Below, in pieces: positions 1 to 14,423 of a stretch of DNA of 64,000 bases (position 1 is its first letter; every line of letters begins with the position of its first letter). Source of the DNA: Trichinella spiralis (Eukaryota); assembly GCF_000181795.1 (NCBI RefSeq), contig NW_003526943.1, forward strand, positions 1,180,487-1,244,486, given 5' to 3'. Below the pieces are notes generated by a model. The model did not search any database. It saw nothing but the letters and a program-made list of their open reading frames with translations, and was not told the origin of the DNA. A program made the translations under genes and the position numbers.

Positions 1-3000
1 TACTTTTCTGGAATAGGTAATCTGGATAATTTTCGATGAAAACTAGACGCTGATGTGGACAACAAACAACCTGCAGATGTGCTCTGCTTTGAATAACAAC
101 TATTTGGGGATAGATTATATCTGAAATTAAAAAAAATTTACAATATCAATTAAATTGTAAAATTGCAATCACAGTAAATTATTAATTTACCGAGAACCGG
201 CTGATGATTGTTCCATCTCCAAAGCTGCGAAGCTCAAACAGCTATCGGTTTCGCTCCACATTTCTGCGGTCAATTTGATCACAATTTTTCGCAAATTATT
301 GACAAAACTTGCAGCTTCTGTAGAAGAAGCTGGAATCAATTCGTCTACAATAATAAACGTGCAAGATATTTAAAAATAAATTAAAGGGGTTCTTAAAAAC
401 TTCTAAAGAAATTTTTTTTAATTCGACATACCAACTACTACACGGTCTTCTCCTTCAAAAACTTCAGTGAATGTAATTGTCTCCTTCGTAAATTGTTTCT
501 TTTTGTACTTTTCCCACCTTAATCAAACAAATTAATCATAAATTAAAAGAAATGAATAATAAATAACTTACCCGCGTAGATTACGTCTCAATACTTCCTC
601 ATTCCAAAACAAAGATACGTAAGCCACAATGCCATTATGAGGCACATCGTTTTTCTTGACGTTAAAATGCACATTCTGAAATGATTTTATTATGCAAAAT
701 TAATATAATATAATATAATATAATATAATATAATATAATATAAAATTTCTTTTCACCATTTCCGAGTCGCAGTTCATTACAAAAGCCTTCGGTTCCATTG
801 TCAATTTTTCATCATGAAGCACCTCATGAGCAAAAGGATCTAATGAACAAAACAACAAGTATTCACACATAAAATGAAAAGCAAAATAAATCAATAAAAA
901 ATATCTAACCAGCATATGGAACCATTTTCACAAAAGCAGGCAACGAACCAGTATTTTTCAACGTTACCTTACCGTGAAAATTGCCATTGGATTGAGAAAT
1001 TAATTTCACGTCAACAAGCTTTTCCGGCGACAAGTATTTTTCATCGGCAATCATCACACACGCCGTACCACCATAACCGTACAGTCGAATCTTGAATTTA
1101 AATACAACAACAACCACAACATTACTAAAATGAAAAATAAAATTTGAATAAAAAGCACACGAACCACAAATTCTTCTTTTGTTTCTTCTAGTCGAAATAA
1201 AATTTTGCCCGTCTGATAGCCAACCGATTTTGGTCGAAACGAAACAACCAAACGATGACTTTCGTTGGCGGAAAACTGCATCATTGTTCTAGAGCTGACA
1301 TTTTCAAGCTGTAATTGAAAAGTGAAATTAAAAATTTCATAATAAACAAACAAACAAATCTACTTTAAAACATTGGTTCTGGTGCTTGATTGAAACGCGA
1401 GTTCGAATTTGCCCAAACTGGGATGTGTAACGGACTAAAACTGAATTCGAAACGCTGCTGTTCAACGGCACGCATCCGAATGACAAATGGCGCTTGTTGG
1501 CTTCCAAATGACCATCCGCATGCTGTGGTAGAGCAGTTGGAACCTGAGCTGGTGCTTTGGTACGGATGACTGTTTTCGAAGGAACGGCCGGCACTTTGAA
1601 TTCATCCACCAACTGAGGAGGACCAGTGGCAGTCAATAATGCGGCGGCTAAACAAAAAGAAAATCCAAATAATTCCCATGCACCAACAACAAAACCACAC
1701 AACCAGTAGATATTGTTTTTTACATCGGTTTTCATCTTGAGAAACAACAATTGCCGGCATGTTGTTCGAAGGTGCAGCAGCTTCAGCTTGACGCTGCATC
1801 CGTCTCAACGCAATCGAAACGTCCGTACTCATGATCATCTCGGCCAGTGCACTGGCCGAATAATCACTCGTGCAATCGAAAAGTATTCTCCTCAAAGCGG
1901 CTGTCGGTGAATCACTGGCCGACTCCTCCTTCCAATTAATGTCGGCATGCTTCAACAGACCACCGCCCTCTGATTTCTTCGTACAAGAGTCACGTCCACG
2001 AACAGCTTGTTCGCTGAGATCAACTGACGACATCTTCTTGCCAACATTTTCCACTTCATCTTCTTGAAGACGATTCGATTTGGACTGCAAAATCGAATAA
2101 TTTCAATACAACCAATCAAAACTATTCCTAAAATTCACCTGATAAATTGGCAATTGTCGTTGATCAGAATTGTGCTTGTCGCTTAATTTTGAATAATGCG
2201 AACCGAATGCACAATCAGACGGTCCTGAAAACGCGACTCGACCACTGCGAGACGATTCTTGTTCCGATTGAATCGTCTTGTCATTGTCCGAATGGACACT
2301 AAATCCGAAGGTAGGCTTAAAAATGTCAACATCCATTATTACTACAACCACAACTTCTGAAGTGATGCGTGAAACATTACAATTTCCTCTTCTTCAACGT
2401 CATCGTCGGAATTTATCTGGCCAACAGGTGCCGATTTACCACCAAACACTTTGGTCATTTCTCCTCTATTCGAGCTTGAGGACCAACTGCCAGTCAAAAT
2501 ATCCTGCATATTGGACAGCAATATTTAAACGGGAAAAGAAATTCAATTCAATTCTACCTGCACTGGCATGCCATTTTTGGAAAACTGCAGCTCATCTTCA
2601 CGGAACATTTTCAGCTTTTCCTCGTTGTCTAATAATGAAACAAATTTAACAAAACACTAAAACTACTATTAGCATCGTTCGACCGAATAAACCCAGTTGA
2701 AACTATTGACTATTTTTAATTTGGTCTTTCCAGCTGGAAAAGTAAAATTTCAATTCTATCATTCAAATGTTCGAATTTTTCTTTTCTTTTTCAACATTCA
2801 CTTTACATTAATATCTAATCCATATAAATCAACTGAATAATTATTTAATCTATTATATTATTTATTTTTATTGAAATTTTATTAATTATTTATTTTTACA
2901 ATAAATCAAAAAAGCATAAACAAACAAATATGCTTAAACATGTGGAAATAAATCAAGTGCTGTCATTTTAGCTTACGAAGGTAATTTTGAAAAGCACAAA

Positions 3001-4407
3001 AATATACCTGTAATAAACACTACATCGTCCGAAATATTATCGTTGTTACACTGCAATTCAGCATTTGAAAATCCTGAAAGTTCAAAATAAAAAAATTATT
3101 AAATAAATGCCATTTATCAACGCTTAAAATGAAAATAAAAATACTGACCAGAGCTGCTAGAACTTCTCGCTTCTCCATTTTCTAAATTTGGTAATTTTGC
3201 ATTCCACTGAAGATTCTTCATCGTCAAATTAGAGCTGCAATTTATCGCTTCCTTCGTAGTATTTCGACGCAAAACCGTGTTGGTCACTGGCAAATACGAA
3301 GGCATCTTCTCGCTTTCAAGTGGACAAATTGGAGACGACGAACGAAATACAGGCGCAGTAGCTAACCCGCTGTAATTGCTGCCTGCTTGAATAGTCAAAT
3401 CTAAAGTCAATCTAATAATATATCATCGCACTAAAATTTTCCATCTAAAATAAATAACTACTAAGAAACAATAAATCATCAAACCATTCTAACTGCGTGA
3501 TCATCTTAAATTTTAAACTGTAAAATTAATATAACAATATTGTGGCAATTTATAACATCGGCCTGCAATAACTTCAATTTCACATATTAAAAGCTATTTG
3601 TCAAACAATGATGTGCTTAATTAGTATTTTTCTAACAAATTATTATTTTAATTAATCAATGAATAATTACAAAACATCAAACCTATCGACAAGTCATCTT
3701 TGCTTGCTGGATTGCCTATTTCTTCGACAGAATTAAATTCAGCCATTATATCGTCTAATTCGGCTTGATCAATGCGAACTTCTGGAATTGAGTAGTTCAA
3801 ATTCTCTTCTGGAATTATGTCATTTTTTATTGTAGACTTCAATTGAACTGTCGCTTTCATAAATTTCGGTTCTTTCTGATTTAAAAATCTTTCTAAGTTT
3901 TCCATATCAATGCTGTTATTCGTAAATCCTGAAACAATGTTCGTAAACCAAAAAGATCCCCTTATTGAAAAAACAAAAGCATACCTTTAAACGTTTCAGA
4001 TGAATTTACCGGTAAAAGTGATTCATCAGTTTCACAATCACTTAATTGACCATTGTTTCTAAATATTTTAAATAATAACATCGGTCATAAGGTAATTTCA
4101 TGTAAACTGTGGAAGTAACATAACATATGAAATTTGATAAATAATAATTTTACTACATAATTTATTGTTCTTCACATTGTCAAAAATGTTATAACATTCA
4201 GAAAAAGTACAAAATGTGTGCAGAAAATGTTAAAACCTTGGAACCTTGTGAACAACCTCACCTTGGCTTAATTACAGTCGATTTAGCGATTGGTTCTGGA
4301 AGGCATAATGGTGTTTCATCATCAAAAAATAAAGTGTCTCGAGGATAAGCTTCGTCAATATCCACAGTAAAGCAGTCAAAATCATCCGAGCGCACGCCAC
4401 CCGACAT
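1..4407 (-). CDS. spd-2: SPD-2/CEP192-like centrosomal protein, multi-exon, 3' end beyond the left window edge
   Basis: Putative ATG at 4407 (MSGGVRSDDFDCF...), then low-complexity acidic/Ser-rich exons. C-terminal exons carry ASH/PapD-like SPD-2-domain motifs resembling CEP192: LSFGCVPLNSSVSNSVLVR, LVVSFRPKSVG, IRLYGYGGTACV, VTLKNTGSLPAFVKMV, WNEEVLRRNLR. Start codon is tentative. Confidence 0.72.
701..742. repeat. (TAATA)n pentanucleotide microsatellite in an intron of the spd-2-like gene
   Basis: About 8 direct copies of TAATA read from the sequence. Confidence 0.9.
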
Positions 4408-5460
4408 TTGGAAGAGCTAGTACTAACCAAACAAAATATAACTACTTTCAATGCAATACAGTACGATTAATGATAATCAAGCTCTGTTTTAATATGAAAC
4501 GTCACCCATTTTACTACTGCGCACACATACCAATTAACAATATTTTATTCTGATATAAATTTTAAAAATAATTAGATGAATATTTTTAATGAAATTTAAA
4601 ATTTAACTCAACACCTATTAAAATCGCGCAATTAATAAATTACGTAATATAAAAATAGTGAAACTCAGGTATCAGTACTGAAGTGATGTACAGCAAAGTG
4701 GTGTACAGGTGGATTGTAAATTAACTTTAGGGACAATTCAAAAATTGCCATCATATTTTGCGTTATATTTTTAACTTTTAACACAAGTTTTATTCAGATA
4801 AAACTACAGTATTTACGCTAAAATCAACAGAACACTGCCGCAAACAACAATAGGTACCACCGGATGTTAATTCAACAAGCAACACATTCAAACGGTCTCC
4901 ACCCCACCTGATGTCAATAACCAATTATCTCTGTTTCTTTAGCATTTTGAACGTTCAGGTTTAAATTCTGTCAACTGTTTTCTGTATATAATTAGGAATA
5001 AACCGATTCTAAATTTTATTTAATATTTTTTTATTTTTCAAATAAGTTTTATGATCATAAATGTTGGGTCATGTTTACAGTGCGAAATATCTTGATTATT
5101 TTTCAGACTGTGATACAATATTTTCTTATTTTTTTAATGAAATTGGGAAATTGTAATGAAACGAATATTTTTCTTATTCAAATTATTATTCTGTAAATTC
5201 AAGATGTTTTATTAAAATGATGACTGATAGTTACGTCTTGCATTATTAATAGTTTAGGTAATGAACCATTTTAATTAAATTGTTAAAGCAATACTTTAAT
5301 TTTTATTAATACGTGTTTGATTTAATATTTTATAATTATTTATTTTTTAATTAATTTCATTGTTTTTTTGAGAAAGTACTCACAATGACTATGAAGAAAT
5401 CTTTTTATTTTGTGATTTAAATAGAAATAAGAGAAATCAAAATAATTTTGAAACTGCACA

Positions 5461-8400
5461 ATGGATATGCCAGCACTGGAGGAAGAAGCTTTCTCAGCTG
5501 CCGTTAAGCAAGTAGCCGCTATGCTTCGACGACCTGATCAGCTGGAAAAATTAAGCCATTACAAACAACGAGCATTAAGAAAGAAGGTATGAGCTTTTGG
5601 ATTTGAATTAACTGATTCGCCGTTAACAGAGGTTATTATTTAAAAATTTGGTATTAAATGTCTTCATGTAAATTGTAATGTTGATTGTGACAGTGTTGAA
5701 TTTATGCACATCTCATGTTTGAAAAGTATGTCGATTTTTAATATCGTAGGCTGCTGTGGAAGCTATGCTCAAAACAGCAGTTCATTCTCAACTGGAAAAT
5801 GTTCGAACTGGTCTAAATCAATTGCAGCTGATTTCTAAAGATGTTGCGACAATACAAAAGTGCAGTATACAAATAATCAAAGAACTTGATGAGATTCCAG
5901 CGTTGAAAAAAAAGTTACAAATTTTACATGAAGAAAATCGAAAACATATTCAGGTTAGAAATATCATTCATTCATTGTTTTATTCATGATTTTCTATTAA
6001 TTTTATTATGTATATATGATTTAAATGGATATATATTGAAGAATTTTAAAACAGAAATTTGATATCATATTTAGTGCTCCACTGCAATCGAAAATTTAAA
6101 AGCGATTTATGAAATTCAAGAAACAGTTGATCAAACGTATGAATTAATCAACACTGGAAAGTTACTTCACGCCCATCAAAAGTAACAAAATTTATCAATT
6201 GATTTGTATCTTTGATTTCAATCAATTTAAAATTTCAGTTTAATGGAACTGGAAAATGCAAGGGACAATGTGATGTTTGAAGTTTTCAAAACAAAAGCAG
6301 AAAGTTTATACGATCAAAAAGTGAAGTTTGGCAATGAATTTATTCTTATTTGAATGCAATAGCATTTTTCTATTATCCAATATAAATTTTTACTTTGAAA
6401 TATTCTGTACAATAGAAATTAACTTTTATTTTTAAAATATTATTAGTTTATGCGAAATATATTGTTGGTTTTGCTTTTCAAACAAATGTAAATTTAGATT
6501 TTAGCAGATTATTTTTGTGAACTTTTTAAACTTGCCGATGAGCTATCTAAACAGCTCTGGTATATCATCGGACGCACTTTGGAAGCAGTTCGTGGAACGG
6601 ATCCTGGACCACAGCAGTTGGTTACCTCTTTGAGGATCATTGAACGAGAAGAAAGGTATTTTTTGATTAATATTTATTAATAAAGTAATTGTTGGATTGG
6701 TAATTGTATTTTAGAATTGACGAATTTTGTCTTCAACGTAAGAAGGATACCGGCTTTATGCCTGTGGGACGTCCTCGTCAATGGCGTAAGAAGTGTTTTG
6801 ACGTTTTGACAAATATGGTTAATCAGAGGTTGTTAGTTAATTATTCTAAAATATATCTATATATTATAATGTAATTTATCCTCAGGATCGAAGGAAATCA
6901 ACTTGAAGATCGTATCCTGCACAAAGAATGGCTTGCCAGATATTTGGAACTCATTCGAATGACTGTTGTTCAAGATTTGCGAGTTGTCAAAGTTATTTTT
7001 TTGCCATTGCTTTTTGTCAAATTTTCCTATTTGTTTCTAAATAAATTGTTTTAGAGTGGCTGCACTCCTTGTTTTCCTCCTGAATATCACATTTTTGATC
7101 GTGTCTTGTTCATGTATCATACCAGTATTTCTAACCGGGTAAGCTTTAAATTTTCAAATCATCAGGAAAGATAATTATTTATTATCTCATGTTTAGCATT
7201 AAAAATTAAAAGAGCGATTGAATTTTTTGTTTCTTGATTAAATCAATATACAATATTATATAAGCAAAACGCTAATGTTTATTTTATTAAATCTATACAG
7301 AGTAATGTTTCAGTTGCCGATGAGTATGATTGAGTACGTACTAATTGCAATTAAACTTCTATATTTATTCGTACTGATATTCAGATTTAATTTTTTAACG
7401 TGCTTGTAAGTGCACTATATTGTAATTGCATTGTAATATGAATGATATCAGTGTATTGTATTGCAGTTACGCGAAATAGCGGCGGACAGCTTGGAAAAAA
7501 ATGAACTTATACAATTGTTGAGTTGGTTGCGAATTTACAGGTTATTCAAATGTTTTTGCAGAATTGTTTAATTTTTAAATCACTGTGAAATTTTAGTGGA
7601 AAAGATATGCTTGGACATGTAGCGCTTGGTATAGATGCTCAGAAGTTGGTTGCCGATCATCCTTTATTGCCTCGAAAGACTGTCACAGAATTGTTGAACA
7701 GGTTTGAGGTGTTAAAGAAAATTAAAAGTTTTAAACTTAATTCATCGACTGTTTTAGATTCATAGAAATAACGAAAAATGATTTGCAAGATTGGCTTGGT
7801 CGGACGTTAGTTCAAGAAAAAGATGTATACGTGCGCAATTACTTTCACATATATGCCTGTCTAATTTACACTTTTAGGATTGGTACAAAGGAGCCAGCCC
7901 AGAAACTGATTGTTACAATCAATATTATACACCGTTAGCTTCTATTTTATTTCAAATGATAGATGATCAGGTATCAGATGTTTTAAACGACATTTGTACA
8001 TACTGGGCAGTTTTAGATGCAACTTGGAAAAGAGATGGGAAGTGATACAATCCCTAATATTTTGTTCGTTTGTGTAGAGGAGATGCTTACGTTTACTAAT
8101 CAGTATAAAGGTAAGTGTGCGTTTAGTTTTTTTTGTAGTAAAATTTGCTTATTTTTTTTAGAGGCATTTCAAGCATTTTATAATAAACATTTCGAGGATC
8201 GAAGTCGTTTCAGATATTTTACTCAAACGATGGTAATTACTAAAATTTGAATGTGAGCCTCGTTATATAAGCTTATATTTAACGGCGAAATTTTATTTCT
8301 AGGTTTCAATTGCAAATGTATGTTTGATATGCGTAGAATCGTCGGAAAAGCTGAAAACAAATGTTCGCCTATCGGTTCAGTGGGAATCTCCACAGAGCAG

Positions 8401-9343
8401 CTCAACGCAAGTTGCTAGTCCACGACCGCAGTCGATGAGAGCAGACCTTTTGCAAAATATTGAACAGTTGAAAGATCGTTGGAATTTAAATTCTCAGATT
8501 GCGTAATTTTTTTCTTTTGTGTAATTTAATACAATTATATACTGTTTTATTTGCTGTAGAGTGAAATGTTTACTTAGCGAAGTAGTGACAGATATAACTC
8601 CTCAACTTGCACTAATTTTATCTTCGAAATGGTACGTATTATTATTTATTATTGAACGTATTATTTTTTTCAGTTTAATATTCTTGCAGGCTGGGAACGT
8701 TATCAGCAGTTGATACAATTTGCTTTACAATAGAAGATTATTATCAAGATCATTGTCATTTAAAAGCATCCCTTTTGAATAGTTTGTTGATGGAATTGCA
8801 AATTCGAGTGGTACAGGAATACATGAAAGCTTTTGAAGCTCGGTAGAGAATTTCATATTTTTAAGTCTACAAAGGCTATTCGAAAATAAGATTCTTTTTT
8901 GTTTAGGCGACTTACTTTTCAAAATTATGAAGAAAGAAAAGCGGCCTCTGATCAGCTATGCAAAGAAGCGGAAAGGATGAAGGAATTGTTCAGTCGTTTA
9001 ATAAAACAAGAAGATGATTCATCAGAAGAGGTGAATTGATGAGATTCTGAAAGGAAATGAACATTCCTAACTTTTTCAATACTTTTAGTTTGAAACTGTT
9101 ACAAGCGTTCTATTAGCGGTGGCAGAAGTGATGTCACTTCGGGATAAATCTCTGTTGGCGTTGGAAGTTAGCAGCTTTGTGCAGAAGTATCCAAATATTA
9201 GTGTCGAACAGTTGTCTGGCTTGATTCAAATGCGAGAAGATGTTGGCCGTTCTGAAGCACGGCAGTTAGCTCAAGAGATAACAGCTCAGAATAAGCTTAG
9301 ACCTAAATTGCAGGGGAAAATTGCAAATGTGTTCGATTTTTGA
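5461..9343 (+). CDS. sec-6: Exocyst complex component 3 (Sec6), many short introns
   Basis: Starts MDMPALEEEAFSAAVKQVAAMLRRPDQLEK...RKKAAVEAMLKTAVHSQLENVRTGL. Later exons give LVTSLRIIEREERID, GRPRQWRKK and CFPPEYHIF. Ends ...SLLALEVSSFVQKYPNIS...MREDV...VFDF*. These match EXOC3/Sec6. Confidence 0.95.
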
Positions 9344-9836
9344 TTGACTTTTTTAAAGTTGATTATTTGCCTTATATTTAGTCTTAAATTTTGGAAACTT
9401 TTCAATTTGTGTAAGACATGTTTGAATTTTCTTCGGCAATTTCTCAATTCAAAAGGAATACTGTAACTACGTTAATGTACCAAACTTAATTATCATAAAT
9501 AATTAACATAAAAATAAATAAAGCACAGTTTAATTAATTTGTTGATAATTTATTTGCGTTTCCGTAGATTTATCATAATAATATGCTAATCATGCCATCG
9601 TATGGTATCAACAGTCGATTTTGTAAAGTTTCTAAAATTTTTTAAAAAATAAAAATGTATCGCTTTTAATTATAACTAAAAATACTGTTTATATTTATAA
9701 ACCTTTTTTATTCGACATTGCCATTACAATACATTTGTGTAATACAGTAGAAGAATTTAAATCAAGTTCAACAGAAGGATACTGTATTCGTTAGAAGTAT
9801 ATTTGTGCTTTACAGTTTGTTATTTTTACTTGTATC

Positions 9837-11629
9837 ATGTATAATGGTATCGGTTTACAAACCGCTCGAGGGTCAGGTACCAGTGGTTATGTGCAGAAAA
9901 ATCTTGCCCATGTAGTGGTGTCTAAAGATAAACAACAATACCGGAATGAAGATGACATCAAACGACTTGAAAGCAAAGTCACGCGAAAACCTAACAAAGA
10001 ACTGATTTTACACGAGCGAAAGCGAAAGATTGAATTGAAATGTCTGGAAATGCAAGATTTGATGACTGAGCAAAAGTAACCTTTTCTTCAACTTTGCATA
10101 TGGTTTATTATATTTTGTCATGTTATTTTTGCAGCTAAACGGGCATTTATAGTGTGTTATTTTCAATATTAATGAAATGATGTTTTAGATTATTTACATA
10201 ATCATATATTGTTGTTATTGTTTTCATATACTGGTGATGTTTATTTTTAATTTAACCATGAAATATGAATGTTAATTGGTGTATTTTTTTTAAATTACTG
10301 AATTCACAGTCGCAAAGATGACATGAGTATTTTAACTTTTTTATTTTCGGTTTCGGCTTGTACAGTACTTTTAAAAGAATTGTTTGTGGAATTGTTGTTT
10401 ACACATGTCCGTATTCTGTGTGTCGCATATCTTGATGCAGTTAAAGTATGTATATTGACAATGAAGTATTAATGTACTGTACTGTAATGCCGTTAATTAA
10501 CAAAATTAAAAATGAATAACAATAGTGAATTAATAGGCTATGGTTATTATTGAAAAATAGTAGATTCAGTGCAATATTCACAAACTGCATTGCACGTTTA
10601 TTTTTCAAGTTACCCAGAAGAAGAAATACAAGAGAAGGTGGATAAATATCGGGCATTGTTGAGGAAGAAGTTGGAAGAAGAGGGTGATGTTGATGATGAC
10701 GAAGAGGCGAACGAAAAAAAGGTTAAAGATAGTCACATTATGGCCCAAATGATGCAAGAAAAAAACGATCGAATTCGAAGAGCTTTGAATATAAAAAAAG
10801 ATTACGTTAGCGGTGCTGCATTTAAATTCAACGAAAAGAAAGCTGAAATGGCTGAAGTGGCATCTTTGAATAAAAATTTGTCAGTAGATATGTGCATTTT
10901 ATTGTCAATGAAGTGAACGATGACGTAAAGTTGGTTTCAGGTTACAGCGTCCAGCCGCAGAAGTTGAAAAAAAAGAAGAAGCAGATGAAGAAACGAGCGA
11001 GTCATCTTCTACTACTACTACTTCTTCTTCTTCTTCAAGTGAAGACAGTGATAGTTCCGCTGATTCGTCAGATTCAGACGAAGAATCTAGCTCGTCAACA
11101 TCTACAGTTAGCTCAGATTCGTCAAGGTATTAGCTTATTATTATAATTATTATTACTGTTATTGCTATTAGGTTATGAAATTTTCTTACCAAGTGAGAAA
11201 CTCTTTTTAAGAGAGGTAAAGCAGAAGACATCTAAACGAGCGTTTCGTGGAGAACCTTCGAAAAGGGATGGAAAAAGACGTCGACGGGAATCGTATGACA
11301 GAGAACGATCTCCTCGTAAAGGAAGATCCCCATCTCCGAGAAAGGTTTCCAAGCACTGGGATAGTAGCAGCAAAATAAGTAAAAGTAAAGACAGTGAAAG
11401 TTATAGAAAGCGACGCTCGGAAAAGAATAACGACGATCATTTATCCAAGGAAAGACGAAAGGAAACAAAGTCGAGGAATGACTGCAAAAAGCGTCGGCAT
11501 AAATCTGAATCATCTGGGCGATCATCGTCGTCATCTCCAAGAGCACGACGACATCATTCGAGACATGATGAAAGGAATGGAAGTAGAAAGTTAAAAGAGA
11601 AGCATAGAAAAGAAACCAAGCACAGATGA
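9837..11629 (+). CDS. rsr-2: SRRM2/Cwc21 (SRm300) splicing factor
   Basis: Diagnostic N-terminus MYNGIGLQTARGSGTSGYVQKNLA and cwf21 domain (ILHERKRKIELKCLEM...EEIQEKVDKYR). Followed by an acidic/Ser-rich exon and an RS/K-rich C-terminal exon ending at 11629. Confidence 0.93.
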
Positions 11630-12099
11630 AAAATTGACAGAATTAAGTGCAACTGTGATTGATATAAATTATCTCACGTGCGATATTATTGTTATTATTA
11701 TTAGGTTAACATTTTTATGGAAACAATGGAAAATATTTTAATAAAATTTCCTTCAGTTGAAATCTGAAGTATTTTGAAGTTCCTGCTTTTCTAAAATTTA
11801 ACATCAATTTCAGAGATAAAAATTGTGATAGATGCAGATTTACTCCAGATAACGGAGAGCTGAAAACTTATTTTTAACTGCAATTGCTATTTCTTTATAT
11901 ATTGGATAAAGCAGTTGTGTTAATGATGTTCGTGAAAGTGGTTTTATAATAATTATGCATGATCAAAAAAGTACAATATAAAGCATCTTAAAAGTTTAGA
12001 ACTGCGGTTCAGTATTAAGTTTTTGCATTAATTAACCATAATATATTAGGTGATATGATTTTTTAAAATGTGTTTACAGTAAAGTTCAAATACAAAGGT

Positions 12100-12432
12100 T
12101 TGTTCTTTCTCGGTCCCACTTTTCTCTTATTGGTCTTTGCCCACGCTATTTTATTGGACCGTCAAATCTTTGTTGTATTGGTTTTCATTTTATTGGGCCG
12201 TGAAGTCTTTGTCGTATTGGTTTTCCTTTGCTAATTGCTCATTGATTCAAACTCTTCAGTTGTGATTAGCCGCTATGGATTACCCTATCATCAGCGCTCA
12301 CACGCCGCACGACACCACTTAGCTTTAACAGCAACGAAAAAGGTGAGTTCATGCGAACCGCTACATATAAAATATACATATATATAAATATACCACGCCA
12401 CGCTCATGTATGATGAGAACATCAGGCGTTTT
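12100..12432. repeat. Fragment of a probable dispersed repeat with an internal 39-bp tandem duplication, cut by an assembly gap
   Basis: 12148-12186 and 12187-12225 are 35/39 identical. Five ATTGG motifs. More GC-rich than flanks. Ends at the N run. Confidence 0.55.
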
Positions 12433-12442
12433 NNNNNNNNNN
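12433..12442. other. Assembly gap (10 N)
   Basis: Run of n characters; true length unknown. Confidence 1.
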
Positions 12443-12800
12443 ATTTAATATTATCCATTCGGTAAATAATCTTCTCCATTTGATGAACCTCCTTAAATTT
12501 GCATACTTTTTGTATTATTACAATACATTTACCTTATGGTTTATTATATTAGTAACATTATTGTATATTAACACTTCATTCACAAAAACAGTAAAATTAA
12601 TTCTAATAAAATAAAGTAAGCATTAAATTAAATGAATTGACAATATTGTCGATAATATTTATAAATAAATAAATAAATAAATATAAATAAATATAAATAT
12701 AAATAAATATATATATATACAATAGATTGCCATTTGTTTTTTTATGTTGCTAATATAAGTATTGCGTAATGATCATACATACAAAGTATAAAAGTTTACA

Positions 12801-14248
12801 CAGTGAAACTCTGATTATCAAATCACTGATTATCCAAACACATTTTGCCGGCTGGCTAAAATGCATTGTTTATGATATTAAATTTGACCGGTATTTCACA
12901 AATACTGCAACATTCTGTTGTTTGCTAATTTTTATGTCTGGTACATCTACTACTATAAAGAGAAAGATTTTTCGAACAAAAACTAAGTTAAGAAAATAAA
13001 AGCCTTAATTCATGTAAGGAAAAGTGACTCTTCTTTGTTGCGCGAATGATACAAGTAGCAATTGTTTACAACTGCTGTTAGTTGGAAAATCAAGACGTCC
13101 ACGAGCTATGATTGGTGCGCAGAAATTGCTTGTAGTTTATGATTATTAGCCAAAAGCCTGGATGACAGGAGATATTTTTTTATGTTGGTATGATGAGATA
13201 TTTTTTTCTTACGTTAAAAAAACACCAGTAAAAGACAAAAAAATCAGGGGAGATGCTACTCCTAATTGACAATGCACTTTGTCATCCTAGTTGTGAATTG
13301 CTAGACTGTGAAAATGGCATGTTCAAGGTTATGGTTTTGCCACTGAATAAATCAATGAACGCTTGTTCAGCGAATGGATCAAACTGATATTCAATGTTTA
13401 AAAAAGCGGTATAAGAAGGAACTCTTGCGAAGAATTTCCCTTTCAGATGCTGATGGAGACGATTTGGTGTCACTATTTGAATTTGGTATTTAAAATTTAA
13501 AAGATAGCTGCTATATGATTGCGCATGCATGGGACTCAATTTCAGGATCTACTTTGTCTGCATCATGAATAAACTTTTTGGTTACAATAAAAAATGTGTA
13601 AACCAATCAATAGACTGTGATTATGACTGTACAACTGTAATAAAAATGTTCAAGAAATTTAAATTATCGCTGGCCAAAGTTGAACAGTGGCTAGCCGATG
13701 ATGATACCCCATTATTTGTAACATTAACTGACGATGAAATACTCAAGGCAGTGGTAAAAGATGAAGACGTCGATGTGTCTGACATGCCTGATAAGCCAGA
13801 TACAGAGCTGAATCATAAAGAAGCCTATTTTTGCATCAAAGTCGGCTTTAAGTGATTGAAGCGCCAGAAGGAATTCAGCGCTACTCAGTTGACGCTAATG
13901 AGAAGTATTTGCGTTGTCGTTGCACAGAAGCTATCCTTGTCAAAACAAAAATTTATTAATGATTATATAAAATATGACACAAAGTAAGTCTGGTGGTTTT
14001 TGAATGTAGCGGTGAAGAATATAATCGACGTTCCAGTAAACGCTCATGCAATTTGAGTGAATAAAGGGCAAATGACATCGCATAATAAAGAGAATGTCTA
14101 CTATACCGCGTCTCATTTAGGATAACAGCTACAAGCGCTTCAATCATGCATATACATTTTAAAAAATGAAAAATGTCGGATTATCCAAAAATTCGATTAT
14201 CCAAAAGACTCGCAAAAATCGTGGGTTCGCATAATCTAAGTTCCACTG
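12801..14248 (+). mobile_element. Decayed pogo/Tigger (jerky-like, DDE_1) DNA transposon
   Basis: TIRs: CAGTGAAACTCTGATTAT (12801-12818) versus the reverse complement of 14231-14248, CAGTGGAACTTAGATTAT (15/18). Subterminal GATTATC repeats at both ends. Transposase remnants KVTLLCCAN...LLLVGKSRRPRA...Y*PKAWMT, LLLIDNALCHP and QRMDQ, with a stop and frameshifts. N-terminal HTH not seen; TA target duplication not intact. Confidence 0.88.
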
Positions 14249-14423
14249 AATTTTGAACTTTTATTTTATTAAAAACAATTTCATATTTCAAATATGTTCA
14301 ACAAATGCAATGTCAACAGTCATTAGGCATTCAGAATTTAACATAGTTATTTGCTTTAGAATGTTATAGTAATTATAAAATAACTTGCAATGATAAGCGA
14401 GTTTAGTTTTATACATTTGGCGA

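Noticed and set aside
11173..11594. Several overlapping ORFs in alternative frames and strands
   Set aside because: Shadows of the low-complexity RS-rich rsr-2 exon.
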